Below are positions 9,741 through 18,635 of a DNA stretch of 64,000 nt, one piece after another; the stretch's first letter is position 1; each line of letters opens with the position of its first letter. The notes beneath the pieces are model-generated. The model did no database searches, was not told the DNA's origin, and worked only from the letters and a program-made list of their open reading frames with translations. The DNA is from Candidatus Hydrogenedentota bacterium (GTDB lineage Bacteria; Hydrogenedentota; Hydrogenedentia; Hydrogenedentales; SLHB01): NCBI GenBank assembly GCA_963745075.1, contig CAVUWV010000027.1, positions 64,001 through 128,000 on the forward strand, given 5' to 3'. A program made the translations under genes and the position numbers.

Positions 9741-12067
9741 TGAATCCCTCCAGTCGATGGTTTTTCGGCGAAATCGGCTTCGTGCTTGCCTAAATTCGCC
9801 GTACACGTCACACGCGTTCCTCCTTCCGGCCGCTTCTCGATGGTCAGTTTCCCTTCAATCATCCGCGCCCGGTACGCCATGATGCTGAGACCCAGCCCTT
9901 CGCCCGATTCCGGCCCGTTCGCAAACCCGGTCCCGTCATCGTCGATAACAAGCGTGATACCTCTGTTTTCGGAGGAAAGTCGAATCTCGATGGATGAAGG
10001 TGAACCGTGCTTTGCCGCATTGTTCAGCGCTTCCTGTGCAATCCGATACAGGTTCATGGCGGTGGAATTGTCGTCGACGAGCACCGGTTCCTCGCACACG
10101 AACCGGCTCGGTATTCCGTACACGTCTTGTGCCTGGCCCGACAATTCCTCCAACGCGGTCATCAATCCATTGGACTCGACCTGGACAGGATGCAGTCCCC
10201 TGGCCAAGCCACGGGTCATAGCGAGCGCTGTCGAGACCAAGCTCACGAGAGTCGCCGCGGTTTCCGATTCGGGAACCGCTTTCTTGCGTAACACCTGGGC
10301 CAGCGATTGCGCTTTGAACCCCATGCCGGTCAAATGCTGGCCAAGCCGATCGTGCAAGTCCTGTCCGATCCGGCGTTGCTCGCGGGCACTGATCTCCAGG
10401 ACTTGCTTCTCCAGCTTCCGCCGTTCCGTGACATCCATCCCTACGGCCCAAACCGCCCAACCGGGTATCGGAAACCGGCTTGATATGTTCGCCCAGGAGA
10501 TCGTTCGCACCGCGCCGTTCTTACAGGTGATTTGCCATTCCCAATCCCGAAAACCGGTATCGCGGCCGGACAGTTCGTCAAACATGCGTTGCCGATACGC
10601 CGCATCGGGATACAGCAATTCCAATGCGCGCGGATTCCCCACGATCTCTTCGGAAGAGTACCCCGTCACCCGCTCGCATTCCCGGTTCCAGACGATCACG
10701 TTGCCGACCTCGTCATAGGCGTCCAGCATTACCGGCATGTTTTCCAATACACGGCGCAACCGCTCCTCGCTCTCGCGTAGGGCCTGCTCGGCCTGTCTCC
10801 GCTGGGTGGTATCCAGCGCAACCAACAGGTAGGCGCGTTTACCCTCATAGTCGATCGTGCGGCATTGTAAATCGGCAAAACGTTCTTGCCCGCGTTTGTT
10901 GAAGAAACGCAGCTCCTGGCTCAGTTGGCCGCCCTCGCGGGTCAGTTGTTCCAGCCAGATGCGTACCGTGTCTTTGTCGTCTTCATGAAGGAAGAAGAAC
11001 AGATCCTTGTCCAGGATTTCTTCTCGATTGAATCCCGTGATTTCCTCGCCGCCGCGATTGGCGTACACAATGCGCGTGCCGTCATAAATCCCGACCGCGA
11101 CGGGAAGCAAATCGGCAAAGTCGCTGAACCGATCTTCGATCCGGATCAGCGCGGACTCCTTGCGTCGCCGGTCGATTGCGTTTGCGATGATCTGCGCCAC
11201 CGCTTCGAGCAGGCGAATATCCTCGTCGACCCAACTTCGCGTAGCGCGCACCGTGGCCAATCCGAGGAGCCCCAATACGCGGCGATTCATCTCCAGGGGA
11301 ACGACCAGAATGGAACGGATTCCCGCGCTGCGATATCGCGATTTCTCCGGCTCCGCCGCGTCGGGGAGATCTTCCACATCCGGCACGTACACATGCTGGA
11401 GGTTCTCGAACATTTGGTTCGCCCACGGAAAGTCGGCCACGTTGACGGCCGGAAATAAGTCCTTATGGGACGGTAGACCCGCTGCGCACCACTCATGCGC
11501 GAACGTGGCAAGGGTCTCCGCCTCGTCCAGTTCGAACAGAAAGCACCGTTCGACACCGGTAAACCGGCCGACCAGCGATACCGCTTCCCGTAGGGCGGTG
11601 TCGATCTCGCAGGAAGGGGTGTGAACGAGCCGGGAGGAAAGGTCGGTCAGCAGCGTCTCGAATTCGAGACGATACGCCAGGGCAGACGCAATTCGCTGAA
11701 GGGCGGCACGGGCATTCCGTAGCTCGAGCGCCATCCGGACCGCAGACCGTAACCCGACGGCATCACCTTCCATCACCTGAGACTGAACGCCCTCGAATGC
11801 TTCCGGATGGGACAAAGACGCAGGCAGGATCGCGATAATCGGTATGTCCGGGGGCAAGTCTACGTTCGCGTTCCAGACGCCCTTGCCGCTCATGCCACAC
11901 TCCAACACGATCAAATCGGGTCGCGGTTCGCCGGTCAGCCCCGCGGGCAACCCTTCGCCAATCGCATGGACGCGGATCGCTGCGTCCGTCTCGCGGAGCA
12001 CCTTATTCGCAAAAGAACGGGCAGAATCCCCTTCGCTGAAGATCGTGACTCGTGGCTTCTCGTGCAT
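9737..12067 (-). CDS. Cytoplasmic sensor histidine kinase (degenerate REC, GAF, 2x PAS, HisKA_3, HATPase)
   Basis: EQRRIGQDLHDRLGQ H-box, YRIAQEALNNAAKHG N-box, DDDGTGF/GLGL G-boxes; PAS motifs YANRGGEEITG and WNRECERVTGY. Confidence 0.93.
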   Translation of the reverse strand: MHEKPRVTIFSEGDSARSFANKVLRETDAAIRVHAIGEGLPAGLTGEPRPDLIVLECGMSGKGVWNANVDLPPDIPIIAILPASLSHPEAFEGVQSQVMEGDAVGLRSAVRMALELRNARAALQRIASALAYRLEFETLLTDLSSRLVHTPSCEIDTALREAVSLVGRFTGVERCFLFELDEAETLATFAHEWCAAGLPSHKDLFPAVNVADFPWANQMFENLQHVYVPDVEDLPDAAEPEKSRYRSAGIRSILVVPLEMNRRVLGLLGLATVRATRSWVDEDIRLLEAVAQIIANAIDRRRKESALIRIEDRFSDFADLLPVAVGIYDGTRIVYANRGGEEITGFNREEILDKDLFFFLHEDDKDTVRIWLEQLTREGGQLSQELRFFNKRGQERFADLQCRTIDYEGKRAYLLVALDTTQRRQAEQALRESEERLRRVLENMPVMLDAYDEVGNVIVWNRECERVTGYSSEEIVGNPRALELLYPDAAYRQRMFDELSGRDTGFRDWEWQITCKNGAVRTISWANISSRFPIPGWAVWAVGMDVTERRKLEKQVLEISAREQRRIGQDLHDRLGQHLTGMGFKAQSLAQVLRKKAVPESETAATLVSLVSTALAMTRGLARGLHPVQVESNGLMTALEELSGQAQDVYGIPSRFVCEEPVLVDDNSTAMNLYRIAQEALNNAAKHGSPSSIEIRLSSENRGITLVIDDDGTGFANGPESGEGLGLSIMAYRARMIEGKLTIEKRPEGGTRVTCTANLGKHEADFAEKPSTGGIQ

Positions 12068-12207
12068 GACGGTTCCTGTCGCCTAATGCGTCGCATGCCC
12101 CGTGACCGAATACTGGGTAAGGTGTCGTGCGATCCATTACAATGCGGCCATGAACGCACTGCCAAGAAAGAAAAGAAACTTCCAACCACCGGACCGCACG
12201 CTTACGC

Positions 12208-13026
12208 ATGTTTGAGACATACCGATTTCCGCCCGATTATCTCACGTTTTGGCATATCGGCGCGAGAATGGGCATCGGCCCCGTTCGGCGGTTCCTCCGG
12301 CGGATGCGGCGCTCCGGCCATGTTCGGCTCCTCGACATTGGATCCGGCGCCGGTTCGAATTCTCTCCTTGCCGCTGTCGAAGGCATGACCGTGGTGAGCT
12401 GCGACCTTTCGTCTGACAGCCTCGCCGAAACGCGTCGGGTGGCGCATCGACTTGGGACTGCGGCGCGAAACGTCGCGGTGAGGGGCGATTCCTGTTTGTT
12501 GCCGTTTTCATGCGAGTCGTTTGACATAGCGATCGCGTCGCATATTATCGAACATCTCGATTCACCGACCTTGCTTCTGTCCGAAATCCACCGTGTCCTT
12601 CGGCCGGGCGGCATGCTGCGGCTCTCGTGTCCGTCCACCGCTCACGCCATGCGTATCAGCCGCTGGTTCAGGTTGCGACTCGACCCCGAAGACCACAAGG
12701 TCGAGGGCTACGGCACGACGGACATCGTCAATATGCTGCCGTCCGGCTTGAGCCTGCGTCGCTGCACCTACCAGGGTCGATTCTTCGAGAGCAACATCGC
12801 CGATTGCCAACACGTAGTCTCCCGCTGGCTCGGGATGCGTGCGAACCCCATCGGCGATGCGCCAGCGGCCGCTCCCTCGGGGGCCGGGCCGTCGTTCAAG
12901 CTCCGGGCCGCGTGGGTGGCGAAAGAATTCGTCCTGCTTCCGGCGCTCGCCTTGTGCACGTTGGAGGACATGCTATGCTTCTTCGTGCGGGGCAGCATGA
13001 TCTCACTCGAAATCGAAAAGGAATAG
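12208..13026 (+). CDS. Class I SAM-dependent methyltransferase (Methyltransf_11-like)
   Basis: LLDIGSGAG, LPFSCESFD, HIIEHL, EIHRVLRPGG. Confidence 0.85.
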   Translation: MFETYRFPPDYLTFWHIGARMGIGPVRRFLRRMRRSGHVRLLDIGSGAGSNSLLAAVEGMTVVSCDLSSDSLAETRRVAHRLGTAARNVAVRGDSCLLPFSCESFDIAIASHIIEHLDSPTLLLSEIHRVLRPGGMLRLSCPSTAHAMRISRWFRLRLDPEDHKVEGYGTTDIVNMLPSGLSLRRCTYQGRFFESNIADCQHVVSRWLGMRANPIGDAPAAAPSGAGPSFKLRAAWVAKEFVLLPALALCTLEDMLCFFVRGSMISLEIEKE

Positions 13027-13096
13027 GTCCACCGATGCGAATGAACCCTGGGAAAACAGCGTCGACCGTGCTGTCGATGACTGGACCGGCCCACTG

Positions 13097-14647
13097 ATGT
13101 CCGTACCGGATTTGACAGCTTCCGATGTACCCCGCGAACATGGCCCGATGTGGGAGCGCGCCATCGTCGCCTTCGCCGCATGCTTGGCGCTGATTCTCGG
13201 GTTCTCCAACCTCTCGCTCCCCAGCCTCTGGCATGACGAACTGATCCACGTATTCGTCGCAAAGGGCATCCTTCAAAACGGATTGCCGCACCTGCCGAGC
13301 GGACGGATATTTACCGAAGGCACCCTCTATAACTATCTCCTCGCCCTGCAAATCCTGATCTTTGGCGATGGTGAGTTCGCCGTGCGCGCGCCGTCGGTTG
13401 TGTTTGCTGGCGCGAACGTCGTGCTGACCTACGTGCTGCTTCGCCGTATTCTGGGAGGACCCACGGCCGTCGTGGCGGCCTGCGCTCTCACGTTGTCGCC
13501 CTGGAGCGTCGCGTGGGCCCGCCAAGCCCGGTTTTACTCCCTCCAGCAAACGATGTTCCTCGTGACCATGTACGCGCTTTGGCGCGCCACCGAGGCCCGG
13601 GATGGCAGGGGAGTCCTGAAGTGGGGGATAGGCGCGCTGCTCGGCTATGTGGCCGGCCTGCTGACCGGTCCCCATTCCATATTCTTCCTGGGTCCCGCCG
13701 GGGTGTACCTCGGCATTCGATTCCTGCAAAGCCGGAAACTGAAATCGCGCTGGACCGTTCTGCTCGGCACGGTCATTGTTCTCGGCGTATTGACGTTGGC
13801 CGGCCACGCGCTCACGTTGCCCAAGGCCGAGTTCGACGCCATATTCAAAGAGGCCCAGATCGGCGGAAAACCGCCCGACATGCGCGACCACGACCAGTCG
13901 GACATGCTCTACTACTTCCGGTTCTTCACAAACAATCTCAGTACCGGCTACTTCCTGCTGGCCTGCGTGGGATTCCTGTGGATGGCCGGCCGCGAAGGGC
14001 GACGCGGGGTGTATGTCGCCCTGGCTTTTCTCGTGCCGATTCTGGTCCTCAACTTCCTCATTGGATACCGGCGGCACCGTTTCATCTTCTTCGCCTACCC
14101 CTTCTATGTCGCGGCCTTCTCTTACGCCTTGGTACGGTGCGCCGCGTTTCTCGCGACGGCACGGCGATCCTGGATACGAATGGCCGCGGCGCTGCTGATC
14201 TTGGTGTTTTCGGCGCGGCTGGCCTTGTCTACCATCCGTCTCCTGGGGGACACGCTTCGCGTCGCGGAAGGCGACAACGTGACCCTCGCGGTCGCGCATC
14301 CGCAGTGGCGCAAGCCGTGCACCTATGTCCGCGACCATCTCGACGATGCCGTTGTCTTGACCACGACCTACATCACGACGCTCTACTATGTCGGGCGCGT
14401 CGACAATTGGTATCCCAGCCGGGTCATCGTGTGGGAATATATCGAGTCCGGCATGGACGGGCTCGATACGCTGGACGACCTGAAAGCGTATGTCCGCGCG
14501 CATCCCAAGGGCTATTTCATCGTCCACTCCTGGCGTTTTCACCACTGGCCCGTTTTCAACGACGACAAAGCCTGGGTGGAATCCCACATGAAGCGGATCG
14601 ACGAGGCGTGCAGCGACGATGTATTCGTGTATTCCTGGGGGATGTAA
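13097..14647 (+). CDS. GT-C fold glycosyltransferase (family 39/83, PMT_2/ArnT-like)
   Basis: SLWHDE luminal motif, GEFAVRAPS, ARQARFY, many transmembrane segments. Confidence 0.85.
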   Translation: MSVPDLTASDVPREHGPMWERAIVAFAACLALILGFSNLSLPSLWHDELIHVFVAKGILQNGLPHLPSGRIFTEGTLYNYLLALQILIFGDGEFAVRAPSVVFAGANVVLTYVLLRRILGGPTAVVAACALTLSPWSVAWARQARFYSLQQTMFLVTMYALWRATEARDGRGVLKWGIGALLGYVAGLLTGPHSIFFLGPAGVYLGIRFLQSRKLKSRWTVLLGTVIVLGVLTLAGHALTLPKAEFDAIFKEAQIGGKPPDMRDHDQSDMLYYFRFFTNNLSTGYFLLACVGFLWMAGREGRRGVYVALAFLVPILVLNFLIGYRRHRFIFFAYPFYVAAFSYALVRCAAFLATARRSWIRMAAALLILVFSARLALSTIRLLGDTLRVAEGDNVTLAVAHPQWRKPCTYVRDHLDDAVVLTTTYITTLYYVGRVDNWYPSRVIVWEYIESGMDGLDTLDDLKAYVRAHPKGYFIVHSWRFHHWPVFNDDKAWVESHMKRIDEACSDDVFVYSWGM

Positions 14648-14780
14648 GCGCGTGTTTCAAAAGTGGTCCCGGTGCTGTCCAAAAAGCAAAGAATCAAATT
14701 GTGGTGCGGACTTCCAGCCTGCTCCCGAGGCAAGTAGCTCCCCGGGATGACGACAAGAGCCCTACTTCTGAAACACGCAC
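14648..14780. mobile_element. 133-bp MITE-like element with 17-bp terminal inverted repeats and TAA target duplication
   Basis: Left GCGCGTGTTTCAAAAGT (14648-14664) vs reverse complement of right end GTGCGTGTTTCAGAAGT (14764-14780), 15/17 match; TAA at 14645-14647 and 14781-14783. Confidence 0.75.
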
Positions 14781-14879
14781 TAAGACCGTGGCAGGGGGCG
14801 GGAGCGGTCGAGTAGAATAGCCGCGCTCCTTCGCCTACTATGGGGTGGCAGGGACCAAATCAATCGGAAACCAAAGACG

Positions 14880-15575
14880 TTGGACTACGCTAAAAACTAC
14901 GAACGCTGTTGCCTGGAATCGACCAACGCCCTCCAGCGCTGGTTCATGAACGTCATGACGCGCAAAGCGGAGGCGATCGGGCAGAAGAGCCACAAGATCT
15001 GGTCGCTGAAATACGTCATCGACGAGTATTTCCAGGGCACGGACGGACTCCGGGTGCTCGATTGCGGCGCTTGGAACGGCTGGTTTCTCAGCTACCAAAG
15101 CCCCCAAATCGCCCAGCGAATCGCGCTCGATTTCGATGCCCATTACGGGCCTCAACTTCTCGAAGAAGGCATCGACGTTGTGCTCGCCGATATGGAGAAA
15201 GGGAACTTCCCCTTCGGCGACAACGCCATCGATTTGCTCGCCATGACGAGCACGCTGGAGCACCTCGGTTGCCCCGAGAAAATTGCTACCGAGATCCGGC
15301 GAGTCCTCAAGCCCGGCGGGATCGTCTTCATTACGGTGCCGGACATCATGAAGTACAAATTCCGCTTCTGGAACGACATCACCCACAAGCGCCCCTTCAC
15401 CCGCGGCGCATTGGAGTTCCTGTTCCAAACGCACGGCCTGACGACCCTCGAACTTTGTTCCTACAACCACAACCTGTTCATCGCGGGCAATCTTTTCCCG
15501 AAACCGTTACATCACTTCCTCATGCGGTTTCGGGGGGACGCCTTGCTGTACATCGGCAGGAAACCGGCCTCGTGA
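14880..15575 (+). CDS. Class I SAM-dependent methyltransferase
   Basis: VLDCGAWNG, FPFGDNAID, TLEHL, EIRRVLKPGG; TTG start uncertain. Confidence 0.85.
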   Translation: MDYAKNYERCCLESTNALQRWFMNVMTRKAEAIGQKSHKIWSLKYVIDEYFQGTDGLRVLDCGAWNGWFLSYQSPQIAQRIALDFDAHYGPQLLEEGIDVVLADMEKGNFPFGDNAIDLLAMTSTLEHLGCPEKIATEIRRVLKPGGIVFITVPDIMKYKFRFWNDITHKRPFTRGALEFLFQTHGLTTLELCSYNHNLFIAGNLFPKPLHHFLMRFRGDALLYIGRKPAS

Positions 15576-16276
15576 AGCGGCCCCAGTCCGCCCTCTTCGA
15601 CCGGCTGGCCGCCGGTGATAGTCTTTACACGTATCCCAGGGAATCCCTCGAACAACTAAATGCGCTGGTCTCCACGAAAGGGCGGACCCTCGACGTGGGG
15701 TGCGGCGACGGCGCCATACCCGAAGCCTTCAAGGCGGACTTTGTTGCCGGTTTCGATGTTTCATTTCGTTGCGCCGAACTGGCCCGAAATCGAGGGATCC
15801 GCGCAGCCGTCGCCGATGCCGTCTCGGGTCTGCCGTTCGCGAATGAAACGTTTGATACGATCTATTGCGTAGACGTCTTGCACCACCTCGAACGGCAATG
15901 GGAGTCCGTCTTCGCCGAGTTGGACCGGGTCCTCCGGCTAGAGGGGACCCTGGCTATCGTGGAACCGGACGCGCGCAATGCCTTCGTTCGATGGACCCAG
16001 GCCCCGAATTCACCAATTCGGGTCGCGCCGTTCGACAACGAACCCGCGATTGATCCCGCCGAACTGGTCCCGCACCTCGAGCGACGCGGATACGCGATTT
16101 CTCTGCGGTCGATTCACATCGAGGGAGAACAGGTCGAACGTTCCGTTTTCCCGCTCTGGCAGCGGCTCGCCAAGGCCCCCTTTACGCTGGCGTTGGCCCG
16201 GTGGTATCGCAACGTACCGAACAAATTTGCCATCATAGCCCGGAAACCGGGGTGTGGGGGCGCGGCGACGGACTGA
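15572..16276 (+). CDS. Class I SAM-dependent methyltransferase
   Basis: 3' part of ORF 14909..16276: TLDVGCGDG, LPFANETFD, VLHHL, ELDRVLRLEG; GTGA overlap with the upstream stop. Confidence 0.85.
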   Translation: MKRPQSALFDRLAAGDSLYTYPRESLEQLNALVSTKGRTLDVGCGDGAIPEAFKADFVAGFDVSFRCAELARNRGIRAAVADAVSGLPFANETFDTIYCVDVLHHLERQWESVFAELDRVLRLEGTLAIVEPDARNAFVRWTQAPNSPIRVAPFDNEPAIDPAELVPHLERRGYAISLRSIHIEGEQVERSVFPLWQRLAKAPFTLALARWYRNVPNKFAIIARKPGCGGAATD

Positions 16277-16278
16277 AG

Positions 16279-16995
16279 ATGCAAACGGCTTTCAAAAACA
16301 AAACGATTCTCATCACCGGCGCTACGGGCACGGTCGGCAGCGGATTGGCGCGACATTTTGCGGCGCGCGGTGCGGAACTGATTCTCACGGCGCGAAACCT
16401 GGCGCGGCTCCAGGCGTTGGCTGACGACATCGGGGCTGGGAAAGTCCGCGTTCGTTGCGTGGCCGCGGACCTCTCACATGCGGCTTCGCTCGAAACGCTC
16501 ACGAAAACGATTCTGGAATCTTGTCCGCATGTGGATATTCTCATCAACAACGCCGCAGACGTGACCTCCAAACCCTTGATGGAAACTGCCCTCGACGAAA
16601 TCGATCGGCAAATTCGTACGAACGTTACGGGGCCCCTTCAGCTATGCCGCCTGATGGTTCCCGTGATGACCGACGGGGACCGAGTGATCGTCAACATTTC
16701 GTCTCTGGCGGGCTACAAGCCCAACCCGGCCCAAACCGTGTATAGTGTGTCCAAAGCCGGAATCAACGCCGTCTCCGAGGCGTTGCGAGCTGAACTGAGT
16801 TCCCGTGGTTTCCACGTCGTGAACGTGGCCCTGATGGGCATCGGAACCGGACCGGGGCAGGTTTCCGTAGAAACTTTCGCGGCGCGATTGCAGCGTTCGA
16901 TTTCGCGCCGCGAGCATGAGTTGTTTCTGTACCGGCGGACGAAATGGTTAATGCGATTGTACGGGATGTTCCCGATGTTGGCGCGCATGCGCTGA
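16279..16995 (+). CDS. Short-chain dehydrogenase/reductase (SDR)
   Basis: ITGATGTVG, ILINNA, NISS, YSVSK catalytic motif. Confidence 0.92.
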   Translation: MQTAFKNKTILITGATGTVGSGLARHFAARGAELILTARNLARLQALADDIGAGKVRVRCVAADLSHAASLETLTKTILESCPHVDILINNAADVTSKPLMETALDEIDRQIRTNVTGPLQLCRLMVPVMTDGDRVIVNISSLAGYKPNPAQTVYSVSKAGINAVSEALRAELSSRGFHVVNVALMGIGTGPGQVSVETFAARLQRSISRREHELFLYRRTKWLMRLYGMFPMLARMR

Positions 16996-17017
16996 ACGAA
17001 GAAAGGACGATGACGGC

Positions 17018-18043
17018 ATGCATTCCAGTGAGAAGGTGGGGGTTCTACTCATCAACACCGGGTCCACCGCCGCCCCGCGTACGGCCGAAACCCGCGCCTA
17101 CTTGCGGGAATTCCTATCGGACCCGCGCGTCCTCGACATCAATCCCGCCGCACGCTGGCTCCTTCTGAACGCCATCATCCTGCCGACACGGCCCAAGAAT
17201 TCCGCCCACGCGTATAGCCAGATCTGGACCGAGAAGGGATCGCCCCTCGTAGTCATTACGCGAGAATTGATGGCGGCGTTGCAGAAACGGATGCCGGAGA
17301 CGGAGTTCGCCATCGGCATGCGCTACGGCGAACCTTCCATTGAAAGCGGATTGTATGAACTCGCCGAGAAGAACGTCGACCGCATTATCCTCGCGCACCA
17401 GTTCCCCCAGTATTCGTCCGCTGCAAACGGATCCGCTCTGGAACTCGCATACAAGTTGGCCGGAAAACTCTGGAACGTTCCCGCGCTGTCCGCGTTGCCG
17501 CCCTTTTACGATGACCCCGGATTTATCGAATCCTGGGGCGCGGTCAGCGAGCCAATCCTGGAGTCATTCCAACCGGACTTCGTTCTGATGAGCTACCACG
17601 GGCTGCCGGAGCGCCACGTGAAAAAGAGCGACACGACCGGCGATCACTGCCTCCAATCGGACGATTGCTGCGACGCCATCGGTCCCGCCAACAAATGGTG
17701 TTATCGAGCCCACTGCTATGCGACCAGCCGGTTGATTGCGCTGCGACTCGGATTGGGTCCCGACGACTACGGCGTTTCGTTTCAATCCCGCCTCGGGCGG
17801 GACCCCTGGATTCAACCGCCTACCGACATTGTCATTCCCGACCTGCCGAAGCAAGGCGTTAAACGGCTGGCCGTCATGTGCCCGTCCTTTGCGGCGGACT
17901 GTCTCGAGACGCTCGAAGAGATCGGCCTCCGCGCCAAGAGCGATTTCCTCACCGCGGGCGGCGAAGCGTTCCAATTCATCCCCTGCCTCAACAGCCACGC
18001 GACGTGGGTTGATGCCCTGGCCCGCATGTTGCAGCGAATCTGA
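17018..18043 (+). CDS. hemH: Ferrochelatase
   Basis: YLREFLSDPRV, GMRYGEPS, SYHGLP, FQSRLGRDPW, FAADCLETLEEI. Confidence 0.97.
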   Translation: MHSSEKVGVLLINTGSTAAPRTAETRAYLREFLSDPRVLDINPAARWLLLNAIILPTRPKNSAHAYSQIWTEKGSPLVVITRELMAALQKRMPETEFAIGMRYGEPSIESGLYELAEKNVDRIILAHQFPQYSSAANGSALELAYKLAGKLWNVPALSALPPFYDDPGFIESWGAVSEPILESFQPDFVLMSYHGLPERHVKKSDTTGDHCLQSDDCCDAIGPANKWCYRAHCYATSRLIALRLGLGPDDYGVSFQSRLGRDPWIQPPTDIVIPDLPKQGVKRLAVMCPSFAADCLETLEEIGLRAKSDFLTAGGEAFQFIPCLNSHATWVDALARMLQRI

Positions 18044-18156
18044 TACCGGAGGGAATCGGATGGATCCGGCCGATCGGTCCGATCCGGAAAAAGCGAACGC
18101 GGACCAAAGCCTCCGTGCCTCAGCCCGCGTCCTGAATACGTAGTGACTGTGAGTGG

Positions 18157-18609
18157 TCAGCCCTGTACGTTAATGATGCCTGAACCGTGTTGGTTGACCT
18201 GTGCCTTCATGGCAATGGGCGCCTCCTCTCGCGTCAGCTTGTCAAAGGCATCATGCCACGTATCCCGCATTCCGGCAAGATGGTCGATCGCTTCGTCCAG
18301 CGGCGCCACGTCTTTCCGGATGTTCGCCTTGATCAGCAAATGCTGAAAGTATTCGTAGACCCGATCCAGGTTGCGCGCCAGATCGCCGCCCACCTTCATG
18401 TTTAACGCACCCCGCAGCTCGGCAATGATATCCTGTGCGCGCAGCAGATTGTTGTGCACGCCTTCCGTTTTGCCGCGGGACAGTTGCCGCTTGGCCTCTT
18501 CCGCCCGCTGGATCGCGCCGTTGAACAGCATGACAATCAGCTTGCCCTGCGATGCCGTCTCAACGTTTACCTTCTGATACGCGCCATAGTTCGCGGCAGT
18601 GTTGGTCAT
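18157..18609 (-). CDS. fliS: Flagellar export chaperone FliS
   Basis: VETASQGKLIVMLFNGAI, AQDIIAELRGALN, NLDRVYEY; ATG after GGGAG. Confidence 0.95.
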   Translation of the reverse strand: MTNTAANYGAYQKVNVETASQGKLIVMLFNGAIQRAEEAKRQLSRGKTEGVHNNLLRAQDIIAELRGALNMKVGGDLARNLDRVYEYFQHLLIKANIRKDVAPLDEAIDHLAGMRDTWHDAFDKLTREEAPIAMKAQVNQHGSGIINVQG

Positions 18610-18635
18610 ACCCGTTTCTCCCTTCAACGTGTTGT

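Noticed and set aside
12350..12370. GGTTCGAAT tRNA T-loop-like motif
   Set aside because: It lies within the methyltransferase SAM-binding motif codons and no cloverleaf can be built
12896..14587. 563-aa antisense ORF; similar long ones at 31379..33322, 38597..40012 and 39901..41280
   Set aside because: Each shadows a well-supported gene on the other strand; expected from codon bias in GC-rich DNA, and none has recognisable motifs
18056..18088. GATCCG/GATCGG-rich short repeats between hemH and fliS
   Set aside because: Only two or three degenerate 9-mers; too short to call a repeat family from this window
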